DNA of 64,000 bases from an uncultured Methanosarcinaceae archaeon (GCA_963721455.1 CAVRJG010000053.1:160001-224000); one strand, 5' to 3'; shown: positions 41,086 to 53,469, counted from the stretch's first letter. The notes: generated by a model not told the origin, from the sequence alone. Program-made: numbers and translations.

Positions 41086-41280
41086 ATGTATCCAGTAATC
41101 GATTATCACAAATGTACCGGAGCTCTTGCCTGCTATGAAGTTTGCCCTGCGGAAGTTTTTGAGATTGAGGAAATCGATCAGGTAAAAAAGGCAGTCGTAG
41201 CCCGCCCGGAAAATTGCATCGAGTGTGACCAGTGTGTAGAAGCCTGCCCGGAAGATGCTATCGAACTTGTTAAAGACTGA
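41086..41280 (+). CDS. Ferredoxin (dicluster type)
   Basis: CTGALACYEVCP and CIECDQCVEACP. Confidence 0.92.
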   Translation: MYPVIDYHKCTGALACYEVCPAEVFEIEEIDQVKKAVVARPENCIECDQCVEACPEDAIELVKD

Positions 41281-41311
41281 ATTCAAACCCCAAAACGAGT
41301 GGTGAAAAAAA

Positions 41312-41506
41312 TTGCACCCCAGGATTGACTACAATAAATGTGTTGGCTCACTTGAATGCTACGATATCTGCCCTGTGGATGTATTTGATACGGAAGAGAC
41401 AGAAGAAGGGAAAAGGGCAGTAGTAGCACGTCCTGAAGACTGTATAGAATGTGAACAGTGCGTACAGGTCTGCCCGACCGACGCAATAGAACTGGTAGAG
41501 GATTAA
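41312..41506 (+). CDS. Ferredoxin (dicluster type), tandem paralog
   Basis: CVGSLECYDICP and CIECEQCVQVCP. Confidence 0.92.
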   Translation: MHPRIDYNKCVGSLECYDICPVDVFDTEETEEGKRAVVARPEDCIECEQCVQVCPTDAIELVED

Positions 41507-41557
41507 AAATTATTCGGAAAAACTGAGCTTTAAAAAGCTGACAACAGGTTCCAATCA

Positions 41558-42307
41558 TCAGTTTTTCAAAACCAGCCTCATATCAACGGCAAGAACGCCT
41601 TTTCCATCCTCAAAGACCATGAGAGGGTTGATTTCAAACTCTTCGACTTCCGGAAAATCGCAAACAAACCTCGAAACCCTAAGAATTGCATCCACAAGCG
41701 CATCAACGTCAGAAGGCTTTGCTCCCCTGACACCGGCAAGAAGCGGATAGGTTTTAATCCCTGTAATCATCTCCCTGGCTTCTCTTTCGTCAACTGGGGC
41801 TATTGCAAACCGGACATCTTTGAGAATTTCTACATAAACTCCGCCAAGCCCGAACATCAGCATGGGCCCGAAAGTCGGGTCGCGGGCCATCCCTATAATT
41901 ACTTCTCTGCCGCCGGAGAGCATTTGCTGCAGCTGGACGCCCTCAAGGAATGCATCCGGCATTTTCCTCGGAATACTTTCCATCATGTCCTGATAGGCAG
42001 CCCTAACTTCAGCGGCATTTTGCAGGGAGAGTTTGATTCCTCCAACGTCGGATTTATGGGAAATCTGCGGAGAAACGATCTTCATTACAAGAGGGTAACC
42101 GATCTCTTCTGCGATGTTTATTGCTTCCTCTGCAGTTTTTGCAAAGGCAGTCTTCGCTGAAGGAATGCCATACGCTTTTAGAATGCCAGAGGACTCGAGG
42201 CCCAGTATCTGCCAATTCTTTGCTCTGGCAGCCTCAAAAACCCTGGCTGCTGCGGCCCGATCTGAACCGGACGCATGAGGGATAGTATCTACCTGTTTCA
42301 TAATCAT
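41558..42307 (-). CDS. Acetate--CoA ligase (ADP-forming) beta subunit / ATP-grasp protein
   Basis: [40 protein letters not shown]. Confidence 0.9.
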   Translation of the reverse strand: MIMKQVDTIPHASGSDRAAAARVFEAARAKNWQILGLESSGILKAYGIPSAKTAFAKTAEEAINIAEEIGYPLVMKIVSPQISHKSDVGGIKLSLQNAAEVRAAYQDMMESIPRKMPDAFLEGVQLQQMLSGGREVIIGMARDPTFGPMLMFGLGGVYVEILKDVRFAIAPVDEREAREMITGIKTYPLLAGVRGAKPSDVDALVDAILRVSRFVCDFPEVEEFEINPLMVFEDGKGVLAVDMRLVLKN

Positions 42308-42550
42308 ATGACATCTTAAGGACAGTTATTCTTTAAGGGTATTAATTTTGTGATAATGCAAATTCCAGCTTTGTAAGGCTGAAAAGGTAATTCTCTAAAG
42401 TACGGAAAAATGAAAAATTCGAAGGAAAAATAGTCGAAGATGAATTTCTAATATCAAAGATGGCTTCAATAAAAAATACTATTTAAATATTTTAATAAAG
42501 GATGCTGTTAACTTAAAAATTGAAAAAGGTAAAGGAAAAAATCCTCTACC

Positions 42551-43780
42551 TCAGATGTTTATGGAGTGTTTTAACTTCGCTTCGGTCTCACATATTTCCA
42601 TTGTATCCCTTGCAATGGTAAGTTCTTCATTGGTCGGGATGACAAGTACCCTTATTTTAGAATCCGGAGTGGCGATATCGATTTCCTGGCCCCTGATTTT
42701 GTTCTTTTCCTGATCGATCTTTATGCCGAAGTTTTCAAGGCCGGAAAGGATTCTATTCCTGATGGTTGCGCTGTTTTCTCCGATGCCTGCGGTAAAGACA
42801 ATTGCATCCGGGTAGTCGAGAACGGCTGAATACTCACCTATGACTTTCTTGACCTTGTATGAGAAGACTTCAAGGGCAAGTTCGGCTCTCTGGTTGCCAT
42901 TGGAAGCTGCTTCGTCAAGTTCTCTGAAGTCGTTGCTGACTCCGGAGATTCCAAGCACACCGGATTTTTTGTTCATGAGGGTGTCGACTTCCCTGGTTGA
43001 CAGTCCTTCTTTTTCCATCATGAAAGGAACGACTGCGGGGTCAATGGAACCGCACCTGGTACCCATCGCAACACCTTCAAGCGGGGTAAAGCCCATGGTG
43101 GTCTCAACAGATTTTCCACCTTTGACAGCAGTTATGCTTGAACCGTTCCCCATGTGGCAGGTGATGATCTTGGTTTCTTCTAAGGGCTTTCCGAGCATAG
43201 CTGCAGCCCTTCTGGAAACGTATAAGTGTGAGGTGCCGTGGAAACCGTATTTCCTGATTCCGTATTTTTCGTACATGCTGTATGGCAGAGCATATATGTA
43301 GGCATACTTGGGTATCGTTGTGTGGAACGTAGTGTCAAAAACGGCAACATTGGGGAGCCCAGGAATGAGCTCTTCGGCTGCTTCAATCCCCATCATGTTT
43401 GGTGGGTTGTGCAGAGGAGCGAGTTCAAAGCAGTCCTTGATAGCCTTTTCCACGTCTTTGTCGATTAAAACCGACCTGGTGAAAATTTCGCCTCCGTGAA
43501 CGACCCTGTGCCCTATAGCGTTGATTTCAGACACGCTCTTAATGACGCCGTATTCCGGGTCGGTGAGGGTTTTAACGGCTGCTTGAAGAGCTACTATGTG
43601 GTTCGGATAGTCCTGGTGTTCTGCTTGATACTTCTTGCCGTCGAGCCTCTTCATTGTAATGATACCATCTTCGAAAGTTACTCTCTCGACGAGACCTGTT
43701 GCAAGCACCGATTCAGTAGCCATGTCAATTAGTTGATATTTGAGAGACGAGCTCCCGCAATTTATAACCAATACTTTCAT
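42551..43780 (-). CDS. ackA: Acetate kinase
   Basis: [39 protein letters not shown]. Confidence 0.97.
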   Translation of the reverse strand: MKVLVINCGSSSLKYQLIDMATESVLATGLVERVTFEDGIITMKRLDGKKYQAEHQDYPNHIVALQAAVKTLTDPEYGVIKSVSEINAIGHRVVHGGEIFTRSVLIDKDVEKAIKDCFELAPLHNPPNMMGIEAAEELIPGLPNVAVFDTTFHTTIPKYAYIYALPYSMYEKYGIRKYGFHGTSHLYVSRRAAAMLGKPLEETKIITCHMGNGSSITAVKGGKSVETTMGFTPLEGVAMGTRCGSIDPAVVPFMMEKEGLSTREVDTLMNKKSGVLGISGVSNDFRELDEAASNGNQRAELALEVFSYKVKKVIGEYSAVLDYPDAIVFTAGIGENSATIRNRILSGLENFGIKIDQEKNKIRGQEIDIATPDSKIRVLVIPTNEELTIARDTMEICETEAKLKHSINI

Positions 43781-43858
43781 CTGTAAACCCCAGTTCAATC
43801 GATTGCTTTCAAGTCACATTCATAGTTTTTGGTTGTTTTACGTTCATACTATAAGAAA

Positions 43859-44899
<1,041 letters not shown>

Positions 44900-45589
44900 T
44901 CAACCAACCTCCTATATAATTAGAGTAATTTAAGTTAGCTGGGTCTTGATATATAAATTTACGTAAAAAGCTTAGAGACATATATAATAATACAAAATAT
45001 ATATTTCCGCCCGCCAACATGTATCCGTGAACGAATATTTATTCTTGAATTTATGATTGCCTAGTATTATTTTTACGGCAGACATGCGATACTTAAAACA
45101 AATATTACTGAATATAAATGACAAATTAATATAAAAGAATTCCGGAATGAGTTCAATGAGAATATTAGGAATTTAAGGATGCCTGCAAAATGGCCATGAT
45201 TTTAAAAAAATGATCGGGTTAGTCATTGAAATTGCAAAGCAGAGAGGTTTTGAAAACGAGAAGGTTTTTAGCTCCATCTCAGAAGTTTGCCCCCGCAAAG
45301 TCTGCGGAGCCTGCAGGGAAAATGATGAAGCTGCTTGCAAATATCAGAGCGCTGATGGAGGTGAGGGACGAGTGGTATGAGGAGAAGGGGCGAAAAACAC
45401 ATGAGGGGAGGCGGAATAAAAATTTGGGAAAAATAAGACAGGGTAACCTTACCAGCCGTATCCAGACCTTCATTGTGACGCTCGTTTACGAGCGGTCTTT
45501 CCCGCGTAAAATAGAAAGAATTAATTTATATGGTTTCAATAAGGGAGCTGTTCCATAAGTAAAAAGAAAATGTTTATGCCAACTGGGAT

Positions 45590-48418
45590 ATGATGGTTAT
45601 TTCAGAATTAGCTTTAGGCTATCTTACTAACCTGATATATGATTCTTCCAAGAACATCCCTAAAGAAATTTTTGATACTTACTCGAAAGTATATGATAAG
45701 ACAATTGAAGAGTTCTCAAATAAGAATTATAAATTGAATGGAATACAAATTAATACATTTTTTTATCAGAAAAACGTGGAAACGGCAATCAAAAAATATC
45801 TGAAAAACCCGGAAAAGCTTGATTGTGCAAATATTTTAATCCACGAGTTTTTTGAATTGTTCAGTGAGGAAAATTTCTCCCACGAAGATGCAGACTTAAT
45901 CTTAAACACTTTTTTTGAAATTATGGATGCAGAAATCGAGAAATATCCTGAGCTTATAATCTTTTTTGACCATTACTTAGCAAAAAGAACAGATAAAACA
46001 GTTCAAGAGACAAACCAAGGAGTTAAAGAGTTATCTCAAGAATTCCAAGAAATATCCCAAAAAGTTCAGGAAATACACAAAGTCATAAATGGCGGTAGAG
46101 AAAATCAAGATAAAAAAGAGTTAGACATCGACTTCAGAGAATCATTAAAAAAACATCTGAATAAAATAATAGATGAAGATGGAAAAAACGAAATCAGTGA
46201 AGTCTATACAGAACTCTCAGCCAAAGAAGTTTTACCAGTAACTCTCAAATTCCATGATTCGGAAAGCGATAGACCACAAGAATTTGAGGTTCTTGAGCTT
46301 GTTGAAAAAGAAGAGAAGCTGATCATTTTCGGGGAGTCAGGCTCAGGAAAAACAACTACACTTAGATGGTTGAATTACATCTTTGCTAAAAGTTACCTTG
46401 AGGGAAAAAACGAAAATGTTCCCTTGTACATTGAATTAAATTCTTACATAAGTGAAGAGCGGTTCATAAAGAAGCCGTTTGACGCATACGTCACTATGAA
46501 AGCAGAAGGAAAAGGAATCTCAGAGGACACTCTAAAAACGATATTGAAAGGGAAAGCAATTATTCTTCTCGACGGCTTTGACTTACTCTCACCTACCGAT
46601 GAGTTCCATCCCTATGATAAGATTTCAAATTTCATTACTGATTACAACAATTGCAGGTTTGTTATTTCTTCAAGACCAAGCTTTTTTGAGAGCATAAAAA
46701 GCAATTTCAAAGTCTCTGAATTGGAAAAACTAACCGACGAAAAAATAGAGATATTCATAAATCACTATGTTCCAGATGAAGAACTCGCAAATATTCTCAA
46801 AGACAAAATCCTTAGCAATCAACAGTTAAAATCCATACTCTCAAACCCGATGATGCTTTACATCGCCATCAAAGTTGCTATGGGAAGAAAAGACAAGTCC
46901 GATGACTTACTTCCTTCAAACCGTTCTGACTTGTACGAAGCTTTTATTTCTACTCTTTTCAGTCATCAGGACGAAAAAGGAAAACATCTCCACGCAGACA
47001 GAATACAAATTGAGAATGCTCTTACTGATATCTATTTCAATCTTCAATCCAAAAATGAAGTTTCATGCAAATATTCTGAAGCCTTCAAATTTGTCAAAAA
47101 AAGCTCTGAAGATCCTATATTTAAAAAAATTAGCCCACAGTTAATTCTTGAAGACTGCCTCAAACTGGGAATACTGTATAAAAATGATAATTACGTATCA
47201 TATGGAATCCATCAGTCTTTTCAGGAATATTTTGCAGCTATAAAGCTAAAAGAGCTTTTTGAAAGTGGATATGATGTATCAGAGGCTTTTAGTCATCCAA
47301 AGTGGGAAGAAGTCGTGATATTCACCTCTGAAATGCTAGATTCGGATTTTATTGACGAATTTATTGACTCAATGCTTTCAAAAGGCGAGCTTTTCCTGGC
47401 TTCAAAGTGTGTAAATAAAGCAAGTGAAAAAGTAAAGGAAAAATTGTGTTCTTTGCTTGCAGATAAAATGGATTCCCGGTATAAATCAGAAAAGATGAGT
47501 TCTATTGAAAGTCTGGGAAGAATTGGAACCACTGGAATTAGTATAATTGTTAAAGCACTGAAAGATAAAGATTCAGATGTGCGGGGGAGGGCGGCAGAGG
47601 CACTTGAAAATATCAAATCGGATACAGCCGTGCAGCTGCTAATAAACGCACTGAAAGATGAAGATTCAGATGTGCGGGGGAGGGCGGCAGAGGCACTTGG
47701 AAATATCAAATCGGATACAGCCGTGCAGCCGCTAATAAACGCACTGAAAGATGAAGATTCAGATGTGCGGGGGAGTGCGGCACAGGCACTTGGAAATATC
47801 AAATCGGATACAGCCGTGCAGCCGCTAATAAACGCACTGAAAGATGAAGATTCAGATGTGCGGGGGAGTGCGGCAGATGCACTTGGAAATATCAAATCGG
47901 ATACAGCCGTGCAGTCGCTAATAAACGCACTGAAAGATGAAGATTCAGATGTGCAGTGGAGGGCGGCACAGGCACTTGGAAATATCAAATCGGATACAGC
48001 CGTGCAGCCGCTAATAAACGCACTGAAAGATAAAGATTCAGATGTGCGGTGGAGTGCGGCACAGGCACTTGGAAATATCAAATCGGATATAGCCGTGCAG
48101 CCTCTAATAAACGCACTGAAAGATAAAGATTCAGATGTGCGGGGGAGGGTGGCAGATGCACTTGGAAATATCAAATCGGATACAGCCGTGCAGCCGCTAA
48201 TCAATGCACTGAAAGATAAAGATTCAGATGTGCGGAGGAGGGCGGCAGAGGCACTTGGAAATATTTGTACTGTTAAAAATAAAAAGCAGCTGGAAGATCT
48301 ACTGGGATCAGATCATGAATTTTCAGTTAACACGGCATTTGAAATCCTCTATGAAATCGAAAAAGAAGAAAAATCGAAAATTATTTTGTTCAAAGATGAA
48401 AAATTCTCACGAATCTAA
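45590..48418 (+). CDS. NACHT-type STAND NTPase with C-terminal PBS-lyase HEAT repeats
   Basis: Walker A GESGSGKTT, Walker B ILLDGFD, NPMML, HQSFQEYFAA, 8 HEAT units. Confidence 0.92.
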   Translation: MMVISELALGYLTNLIYDSSKNIPKEIFDTYSKVYDKTIEEFSNKNYKLNGIQINTFFYQKNVETAIKKYLKNPEKLDCANILIHEFFELFSEENFSHEDADLILNTFFEIMDAEIEKYPELIIFFDHYLAKRTDKTVQETNQGVKELSQEFQEISQKVQEIHKVINGGRENQDKKELDIDFRESLKKHLNKIIDEDGKNEISEVYTELSAKEVLPVTLKFHDSESDRPQEFEVLELVEKEEKLIIFGESGSGKTTTLRWLNYIFAKSYLEGKNENVPLYIELNSYISEERFIKKPFDAYVTMKAEGKGISEDTLKTILKGKAIILLDGFDLLSPTDEFHPYDKISNFITDYNNCRFVISSRPSFFESIKSNFKVSELEKLTDEKIEIFINHYVPDEELANILKDKILSNQQLKSILSNPMMLYIAIKVAMGRKDKSDDLLPSNRSDLYEAFISTLFSHQDEKGKHLHADRIQIENALTDIYFNLQSKNEVSCKYSEAFKFVKKSSEDPIFKKISPQLILEDCLKLGILYKNDNYVSYGIHQSFQEYFAAIKLKELFESGYDVSEAFSHPKWEEVVIFTSEMLDSDFIDEFIDSMLSKGELFLASKCVNKASEKVKEKLCSLLADKMDSRYKSEKMSSIESLGRIGTTGISIIVKALKDKDSDVRGRAAEALENIKSDTAVQLLINALKDEDSDVRGRAAEALGNIKSDTAVQPLINALKDEDSDVRGSAAQALGNIKSDTAVQPLINALKDEDSDVRGSAADALGNIKSDTAVQSLINALKDEDSDVQWRAAQALGNIKSDTAVQPLINALKDKDSDVRWSAAQALGNIKSDIAVQPLINALKDKDSDVRGRVADALGNIKSDTAVQPLINALKDKDSDVRRRAAEALGNICTVKNKKQLEDLLGSDHEFSVNTAFEILYEIEKEEKSKIILFKDEKFSRI
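47555..48263 (+). repeat. 93-bp near-identical tandem repeat (7 full plus 1 partial), coding
   Basis: Units start at 47555, 47648, 47741, 47834, 47927, 48020, 48113, 48206. Confidence 0.95.
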
Positions 48419-48512
48419 TTTTGTATCCATTCATTCCAGCAATTCCGTATCCTCATGCGAATAAGCCGGCGCACAGCAGCAGAGAATTTTCAGCAGCTTT
48501 TTTAAAACATCC

Positions 48513-49826
48513 TCATTTTTCAACCAGTTTCCCGAAGAAATAACCGGGCTTCGCAGAGACGATTTCCACATCAGCATACTGGCCGGGCTTGAGATTCGAG
48601 CCGCTTATGACAACCGGGCGGTAAGAGTCCGTGCGGGTGAGGACGTCTCCCATTTCAGTATATTTCGAGACAAAAGCTCTGCCTTTCCAGCCGATCATTG
48701 CCTTCTTGGACCCAAGCTTGACCTGCTCGCAGACCTTGTGCAATTCATGGGAGCGCTGCACGGAAATCCGGGAGTCCAGGTTTCGGAAGGAAAAAGCTTT
48801 CGTGTGTGGGCGGGGAGAGTATCTTGAGATATTTACTTTTTCAGGGCGGTATTTCTGTACCCATTCGATGGTTTCCTGAGAATCGTCGTCGGTTTCATCA
48901 CAAAAACCAACGATTATGTCGGTGAAGAGGGAGATGTCTTCGAAACGGGCACGGAATTTCGTTATGATCATGTCCACTGAATCCATTTTGTGCAGGCGGT
49001 TCATTCTCTTCAGGACAGAATGGGAAGCGGACTGGATAGGAAGGTGGAGAAGTTTGAAGATTTTGTCGGAATCAAAAGCGTCTACAAGGTCATCGAGAAT
49101 CGGAAGGACAGAGAAGGGATTCATCATTCCGACCCTGACCTTGAAGTCGCCGGGAATTTCCGAGATCAGGCGCAGAAGGGCGGGGAGTTTGAAACCTGTG
49201 TCCATTCCATACTGGCTGTCGTCCTGCGAAGTGAGCCAGATTTCCCTGCAGCCATCTGCGACTGCTGAGCGGATATCTTCGACTATCTCATCCGGCGGAA
49301 AAGAGCGCAGTTTGCCTCTTGCATGCTTTACAATGCAGTAGGAGCAGGCGAAGTTGCAGCCCTGGGAGATCTGGCAGATGTGAATATTGGGGTTGGAGCG
49401 CTCGCGTGGGACGTTCAGGAAACCCAGGGGTTCGGAAGTCCGGAATTCAAGGCGTCCTTCTCCTTGCAATCGTCCTTCCTTTTTTCTCTGCTCGATTGAG
49501 GAAAGAAGGTCGCCAAGGCGGGAAACCGCGTTTACCCCAAGGATATGGGCTTCGGGATTTGCGTGAAGGATATCTTCAAGCTGGACTTCGGGCATGCAGC
49601 CGGAAACGATCACCTGTATGCCGCGCTCACCCATCCTGCGGATCTTATAGAGAATCTTTTGCTCTGTAGTGTATTTGACTGTGCAGGAGTTGCAGACATA
49701 GACCTCTGCCTGATCGGCAGTATCAGGGCCCAGCAGTTCATGCCCGAGCCTCTCGACGCTTGCCTTCATTATCTCGGCTGATGCCTGGCTTGCAGAACAG
49801 CCAAAACTTTCAAGATAGACCTTCAT
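48513..49826 (-). CDS. tRNA t6A methylthiotransferase (MiaB-like radical SAM, e-MtaB type)
   Basis: ESFGCSAS, NSCTVK, SGC, CNFACSYC, TRAM C-terminus. Confidence 0.92.
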   Translation of the reverse strand: MKVYLESFGCSASQASAEIMKASVERLGHELLGPDTADQAEVYVCNSCTVKYTTEQKILYKIRRMGERGIQVIVSGCMPEVQLEDILHANPEAHILGVNAVSRLGDLLSSIEQRKKEGRLQGEGRLEFRTSEPLGFLNVPRERSNPNIHICQISQGCNFACSYCIVKHARGKLRSFPPDEIVEDIRSAVADGCREIWLTSQDDSQYGMDTGFKLPALLRLISEIPGDFKVRVGMMNPFSVLPILDDLVDAFDSDKIFKLLHLPIQSASHSVLKRMNRLHKMDSVDMIITKFRARFEDISLFTDIIVGFCDETDDDSQETIEWVQKYRPEKVNISRYSPRPHTKAFSFRNLDSRISVQRSHELHKVCEQVKLGSKKAMIGWKGRAFVSKYTEMGDVLTRTDSYRPVVISGSNLKPGQYADVEIVSAKPGYFFGKLVEK

Positions 49827-49984
49827 ACTCTGACTCTAAACTCTATATTTTTTTAATTCTGTAATTCTTTTTAATTCTGTACTTTTTTGAAACTTAACCC
49901 GCATTTACTTGACCCGCGTTTAACCTGATCGACGCTTATCCGTGTTTCAAAAAAGAACGAAAAAGAAAAAAGATAAAAGGGGGT

Positions 49985-51082
49985 TTACAGGTAGAGAGGA
50001 GTCTCCCGCTTATCCTTGATATAAATACTGTCTGTGAACCTGACAGCCCCGGATGCTCCCATGGAAACCGTGTGTACCCTTGCATCTCCGCCGCCGAAAA
50101 GGCTGACTTCCCGCAGAAAATGGCCGGGAGTTACGGCTGTTGCCGAGAAGATCACGTCTTTGCCAGGCACAAGCTTGTCGGTATCGAGGAGATCGTTAAG
50201 GTTCTGAAGGGTAATACCCATTTTCTCGAGCCTTGGCATTTTTTCTTCGATTTCTTCATCGATCTTATCCTGAGCCTTTCCGTTTGCAACCGTTGGAAGA
50301 ACAAGCCTGGCAATGATCTTTCCACCAAGAATCTTGATCGCAGCTGCCGTTAAAACAGCTTCTCCGGAACCACCTGCACCCATTACCACATGGATGCCTG
50401 ACCCGCGGATTGCAGTTGCAACACCGGGCATAAGGTCTCCGTCGGTGACCAGCCTTACACGGGCGCCTGCTTCCCGAATCTCGGTTATCTTCTGGGCATG
50501 CCGTGGACGGTCAAGGATTACAACGACAAGCTCCTCAATATTTCTTCCGAGAGCTTTTGCAACGATCTTCAGGTTGTGCCTGACAGGGGCATCCAGAGCG
50601 ATTTTTTCATCAGGATGATCTTCTTCGTAACGTACCACATCTGGCCCGACAACGATTTTGTCCATGTAGATATCAGGGCCGTGGAAAATTCCACCCCTTT
50701 CGGCCATAGCCATGACCGCAACCGAACCAGGGTAGCCATCTGCAGTAAGGTTTGTTCCTTCGAGCGGATCGACTGCAATATCAACCTCCAGGTCTCCCTT
50801 TCCTGTTCCTACCTGCTCCCCAATGTAAAGCATGGGAGCTTCGTCCCTTTCTCCTTCCCCTATCTTGATTATGCCTTTCATATTAAGCCTGTTCAGCGTC
50901 CTCCGCATGGAGGCGACAGCCACCTGGTCGGCAAAACTTTTGTTCCCGCGCCCCATCTGGTAGGCTGCGGCAATGGCAGCAGCTTCTGTTACCTGAATAA
51001 GCCGGGGCAATAACTCACACTCAATAGGCCCTGCGCACTCAATCATCTCTTCTACTGTCTTTGGATGAGGTATGATAATCAA
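49985..51082 (-). CDS. glpX: Fructose-1,6-bisphosphatase class II
   Basis: IGEGERDEAPML, DIAVDPLEGT, LDRPRH. Confidence 0.95.
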   Translation of the reverse strand: MIIIPHPKTVEEMIECAGPIECELLPRLIQVTEAAAIAAAYQMGRGNKSFADQVAVASMRRTLNRLNMKGIIKIGEGERDEAPMLYIGEQVGTGKGDLEVDIAVDPLEGTNLTADGYPGSVAVMAMAERGGIFHGPDIYMDKIVVGPDVVRYEEDHPDEKIALDAPVRHNLKIVAKALGRNIEELVVVILDRPRHAQKITEIREAGARVRLVTDGDLMPGVATAIRGSGIHVVMGAGGSGEAVLTAAAIKILGGKIIARLVLPTVANGKAQDKIDEEIEEKMPRLEKMGITLQNLNDLLDTDKLVPGKDVIFSATAVTPGHFLREVSLFGGGDARVHTVSMGASGAVRFTDSIYIKDKRETPLYL

Positions 51083-51423
51083 CTCCCATTTTCTGCTTAC
51101 TGATAATCTTCTTCCTGATAATGAAATTCATTTTCGGTGATTTCTTTTACCTGTTTATGTGATTTCTTAACACAATCGTAATTAATGAATGTATTGCCAG
51201 GCAGGAAACAAATATTTATCTCATAAAACGTTTATCGCAGAAAGCTCTGTAAATAAAAAGCTTTCATACAGGCTTCAAAATAGAGAATAAAGATAAGAAA
51301 TATAAAAGAATGACTAAAAAACATGATTTAAAGCTTGACTTAAAGTTTGACTTAAAGCGTAACTTAAAGCGTGACTCAAAAACAACAGTTTCTGCTCGAT
51401 TTATTCTTCAAGGGGAAACACCC

Positions 51424-52152
51424 GTGAAAATTCACTGCCTTCACCACCTGAAAAACGAGACCCTGGGAAATATAGGAACCTGGATTACTCAAAAAGGATA
51501 TACGTTTACAAAAACCCTGCTCTCTGAAGAACCTCTTTTCCCTGACCCTGAGGAATTTGATTTGCTTCTGATAATGGGCGGCACGATGAGTGTTTACCAG
51601 GAAGATGAGTATTCCTGGCTACAGCCTGAAAAGGAATTTGTAAGAAGAACGATAGAAGCAGGCAAACCCATACTTGGAAGTTGTTTTGGGGCACAGATGA
51701 TTGCCGAAGTACTGGGCGGAAAAGTTACAAAAAACCGGTTTAAGGAAATAGGCTGGCATACTGTCAGATCCGTGGAAGGAAAAAACCTGAACGATAGCAT
51801 AAGTTCAGAACTTCCGCCCTGCATGTTTCCTGAATTCACAGCTTTTATGTGGCACGGGGACATGTTTGAAATTCCCGCCGGCGCACTGAGACTTTTTGAG
51901 AGTGAAGCCTGCCCGAATCAGGGTTTCATTTACAATGGAAACGTTCTCGGTCTGCAGTTTCATCCTGAAGCCGACAGGCAATGGATAAGAAACCTTATCA
52001 AGGATTCGGGGCATGAGCTTGCTGAAGGAAAGTATGTCCAGTCCGAAAAGGAAATCTGCGGGCAGCAAAGCTTTTTTGGGGGCTCGAAGGGTCTGGCTTT
52101 TTCTCTGATGGACTGGTTTGAAAAAAATGTAAAAGAGAAAGTTAAGGTGTAA
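51424..52152 (+). CDS. Type 1 glutamine amidotransferase-like protein
   Basis: MGGTMS, LGSCFGAQ, QFHPE; GTG start at 51424 preferred because the upstream extension is a 12-bp repeat. Confidence 0.9.
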   Translation: MKIHCLHHLKNETLGNIGTWITQKGYTFTKTLLSEEPLFPDPEEFDLLLIMGGTMSVYQEDEYSWLQPEKEFVRRTIEAGKPILGSCFGAQMIAEVLGGKVTKNRFKEIGWHTVRSVEGKNLNDSISSELPPCMFPEFTAFMWHGDMFEIPAGALRLFESEACPNQGFIYNGNVLGLQFHPEADRQWIRNLIKDSGHELAEGKYVQSEKEICGQQSFFGGSKGLAFSLMDWFEKNVKEKVKV

Positions 52153-52225
52153 AAGAGAAAGTTAAGGTGTAAAAGAGAAAGTTAAGGTGCAAAAGAGAAG
52201 TAAGGCGCAAAAGAGAAAGCTGAAG
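52128..52225. repeat. 20-bp tandem repeat (GTAAAAGAGAAAGTTAAGGT), 3 exact plus 2 degenerate units
   Basis: Read directly; overlaps the GATase stop codon. Confidence 0.9.
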
Positions 52226-52255
52226 AGGAATTTGGGATAAACTTCAGTTTCCCTT

Positions 52256-52786
52256 TTATTTTAAATAGTCTGCCAGCGCCACTCTTTCAATAACGAGTTC
52301 AGGAATATGTTCTTCGCCTGATGCTTCAATTTCTGCATCAGTAATCCCGAACACGGAAAGGATTCCCCGCCTTTTGGCATCGGAATAAGCAAGCAGCTCA
52401 GTACAGGATTTTTCCTCTATTAATTCTCTGATGGCAGAGAGAGCCAGAACCAGATTGTCCATTTTTCCAAGCAGCACGAATACTACACTGTTTTCCCCTT
52501 CACGCAGCCCTATAGAAAAACTCCTCTCAATCTGCCTTTCACCGGCTGCATAGCGCATGATCTCGATTCCTGGATCTTTTGCTATATTCTTGCCTGCAGC
52601 AACTGCCCGAAGAGCCTTTCCTATTGCAAAATGAAGGTGTCTTTCTCCTGCTATCAGGTCCGCGTTTAAGCCCTGGACAATGACTTCGTTTTCGGAAGCT
52701 ATAGAACTTACTGTTTTTAGAAAGCCGGAAAGATTCGGGATACTTACAGTTCCGCAGATTACCTGGATTTCCCTTTGCATTTCCAT
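52256..52786 (-). CDS. cgi121: KEOPS complex subunit Cgi121
   Basis: IAGERHLHFA, EIMRYAAGERQI, LVIERVAL. Confidence 0.9.
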   Translation of the reverse strand: MEMQREIQVICGTVSIPNLSGFLKTVSSIASENEVIVQGLNADLIAGERHLHFAIGKALRAVAAGKNIAKDPGIEIMRYAAGERQIERSFSIGLREGENSVVFVLLGKMDNLVLALSAIRELIEEKSCTELLAYSDAKRRGILSVFGITDAEIEASGEEHIPELVIERVALADYLK

Positions 52787-53469
52787 ACTCCTGCCATAAC
52801 GCGGGCTTTACAATAAGGATTTCGGTTGTGGAAAAATTAGTGAGTAAAGACTCATAAAATCTGAGAACCCTTATTCTTTCGAATACACGTCACTCTATTT
52901 AGTGAGATAGTTAATAATTCAATCTATATGTTATAGTATTATCAGGATTAACTTTGCTCTAACCTAACTAATTAGTGCCATTCATTTTTGTACATGGATC
53001 TTGGGTACTCTAAGCTCGAATACCAGGTTCCAAGCAGAATGAGAGGACGACGTATACTTTAGTGTATTGCTATATTAAACAAATATGCGCTTTTTTCTAT
53101 GTCTCTGCGGAATTTGAGAAACATTTATAGAAAAATAATATTATTAAAGATATATTAGCAAAATATTGACTAAATAATTTCGGGTTTTAATTAATATTAG
53201 TTTCTTATTTATATTTCTCTAGTCATTATATTTCTTAGATCATAAAATAATAGTAATACAATTTGAAATCACTTTCATCGGCACCAGTCATCAGCACATA
53301 AAATGAAGATTGAAAAAGTTACCAGTACTTTATACTCTTCCAGAGATGAATCTGGATGGTTAACTGGAAAAAACAAAACTTATTTGATGCATCTGGCGAT
53401 TGGAAGTGAATCAAAAATCAACAGCCTTCAAATTGTATCAAACTAAATAATAATTGGGAGTGTGGACAA

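Noticed and set aside
45226-45558. 110-aa ORF upstream of the NACHT gene
   Set aside because: TTG start and no recognisable motif; may be a remnant but cannot be supported
47293-48204. 303-aa minus-strand repeat ORF
   Set aside because: Antisense shadow of the HEAT repeats
47555-48263. Possible CRISPR array
   Set aside because: Contiguous in-frame 93-bp coding repeats with no unique spacers and no cas genes
52128-52225. 20-bp repeat as mini-CRISPR
   Set aside because: Head-to-tail units without spacers; a simple VNTR
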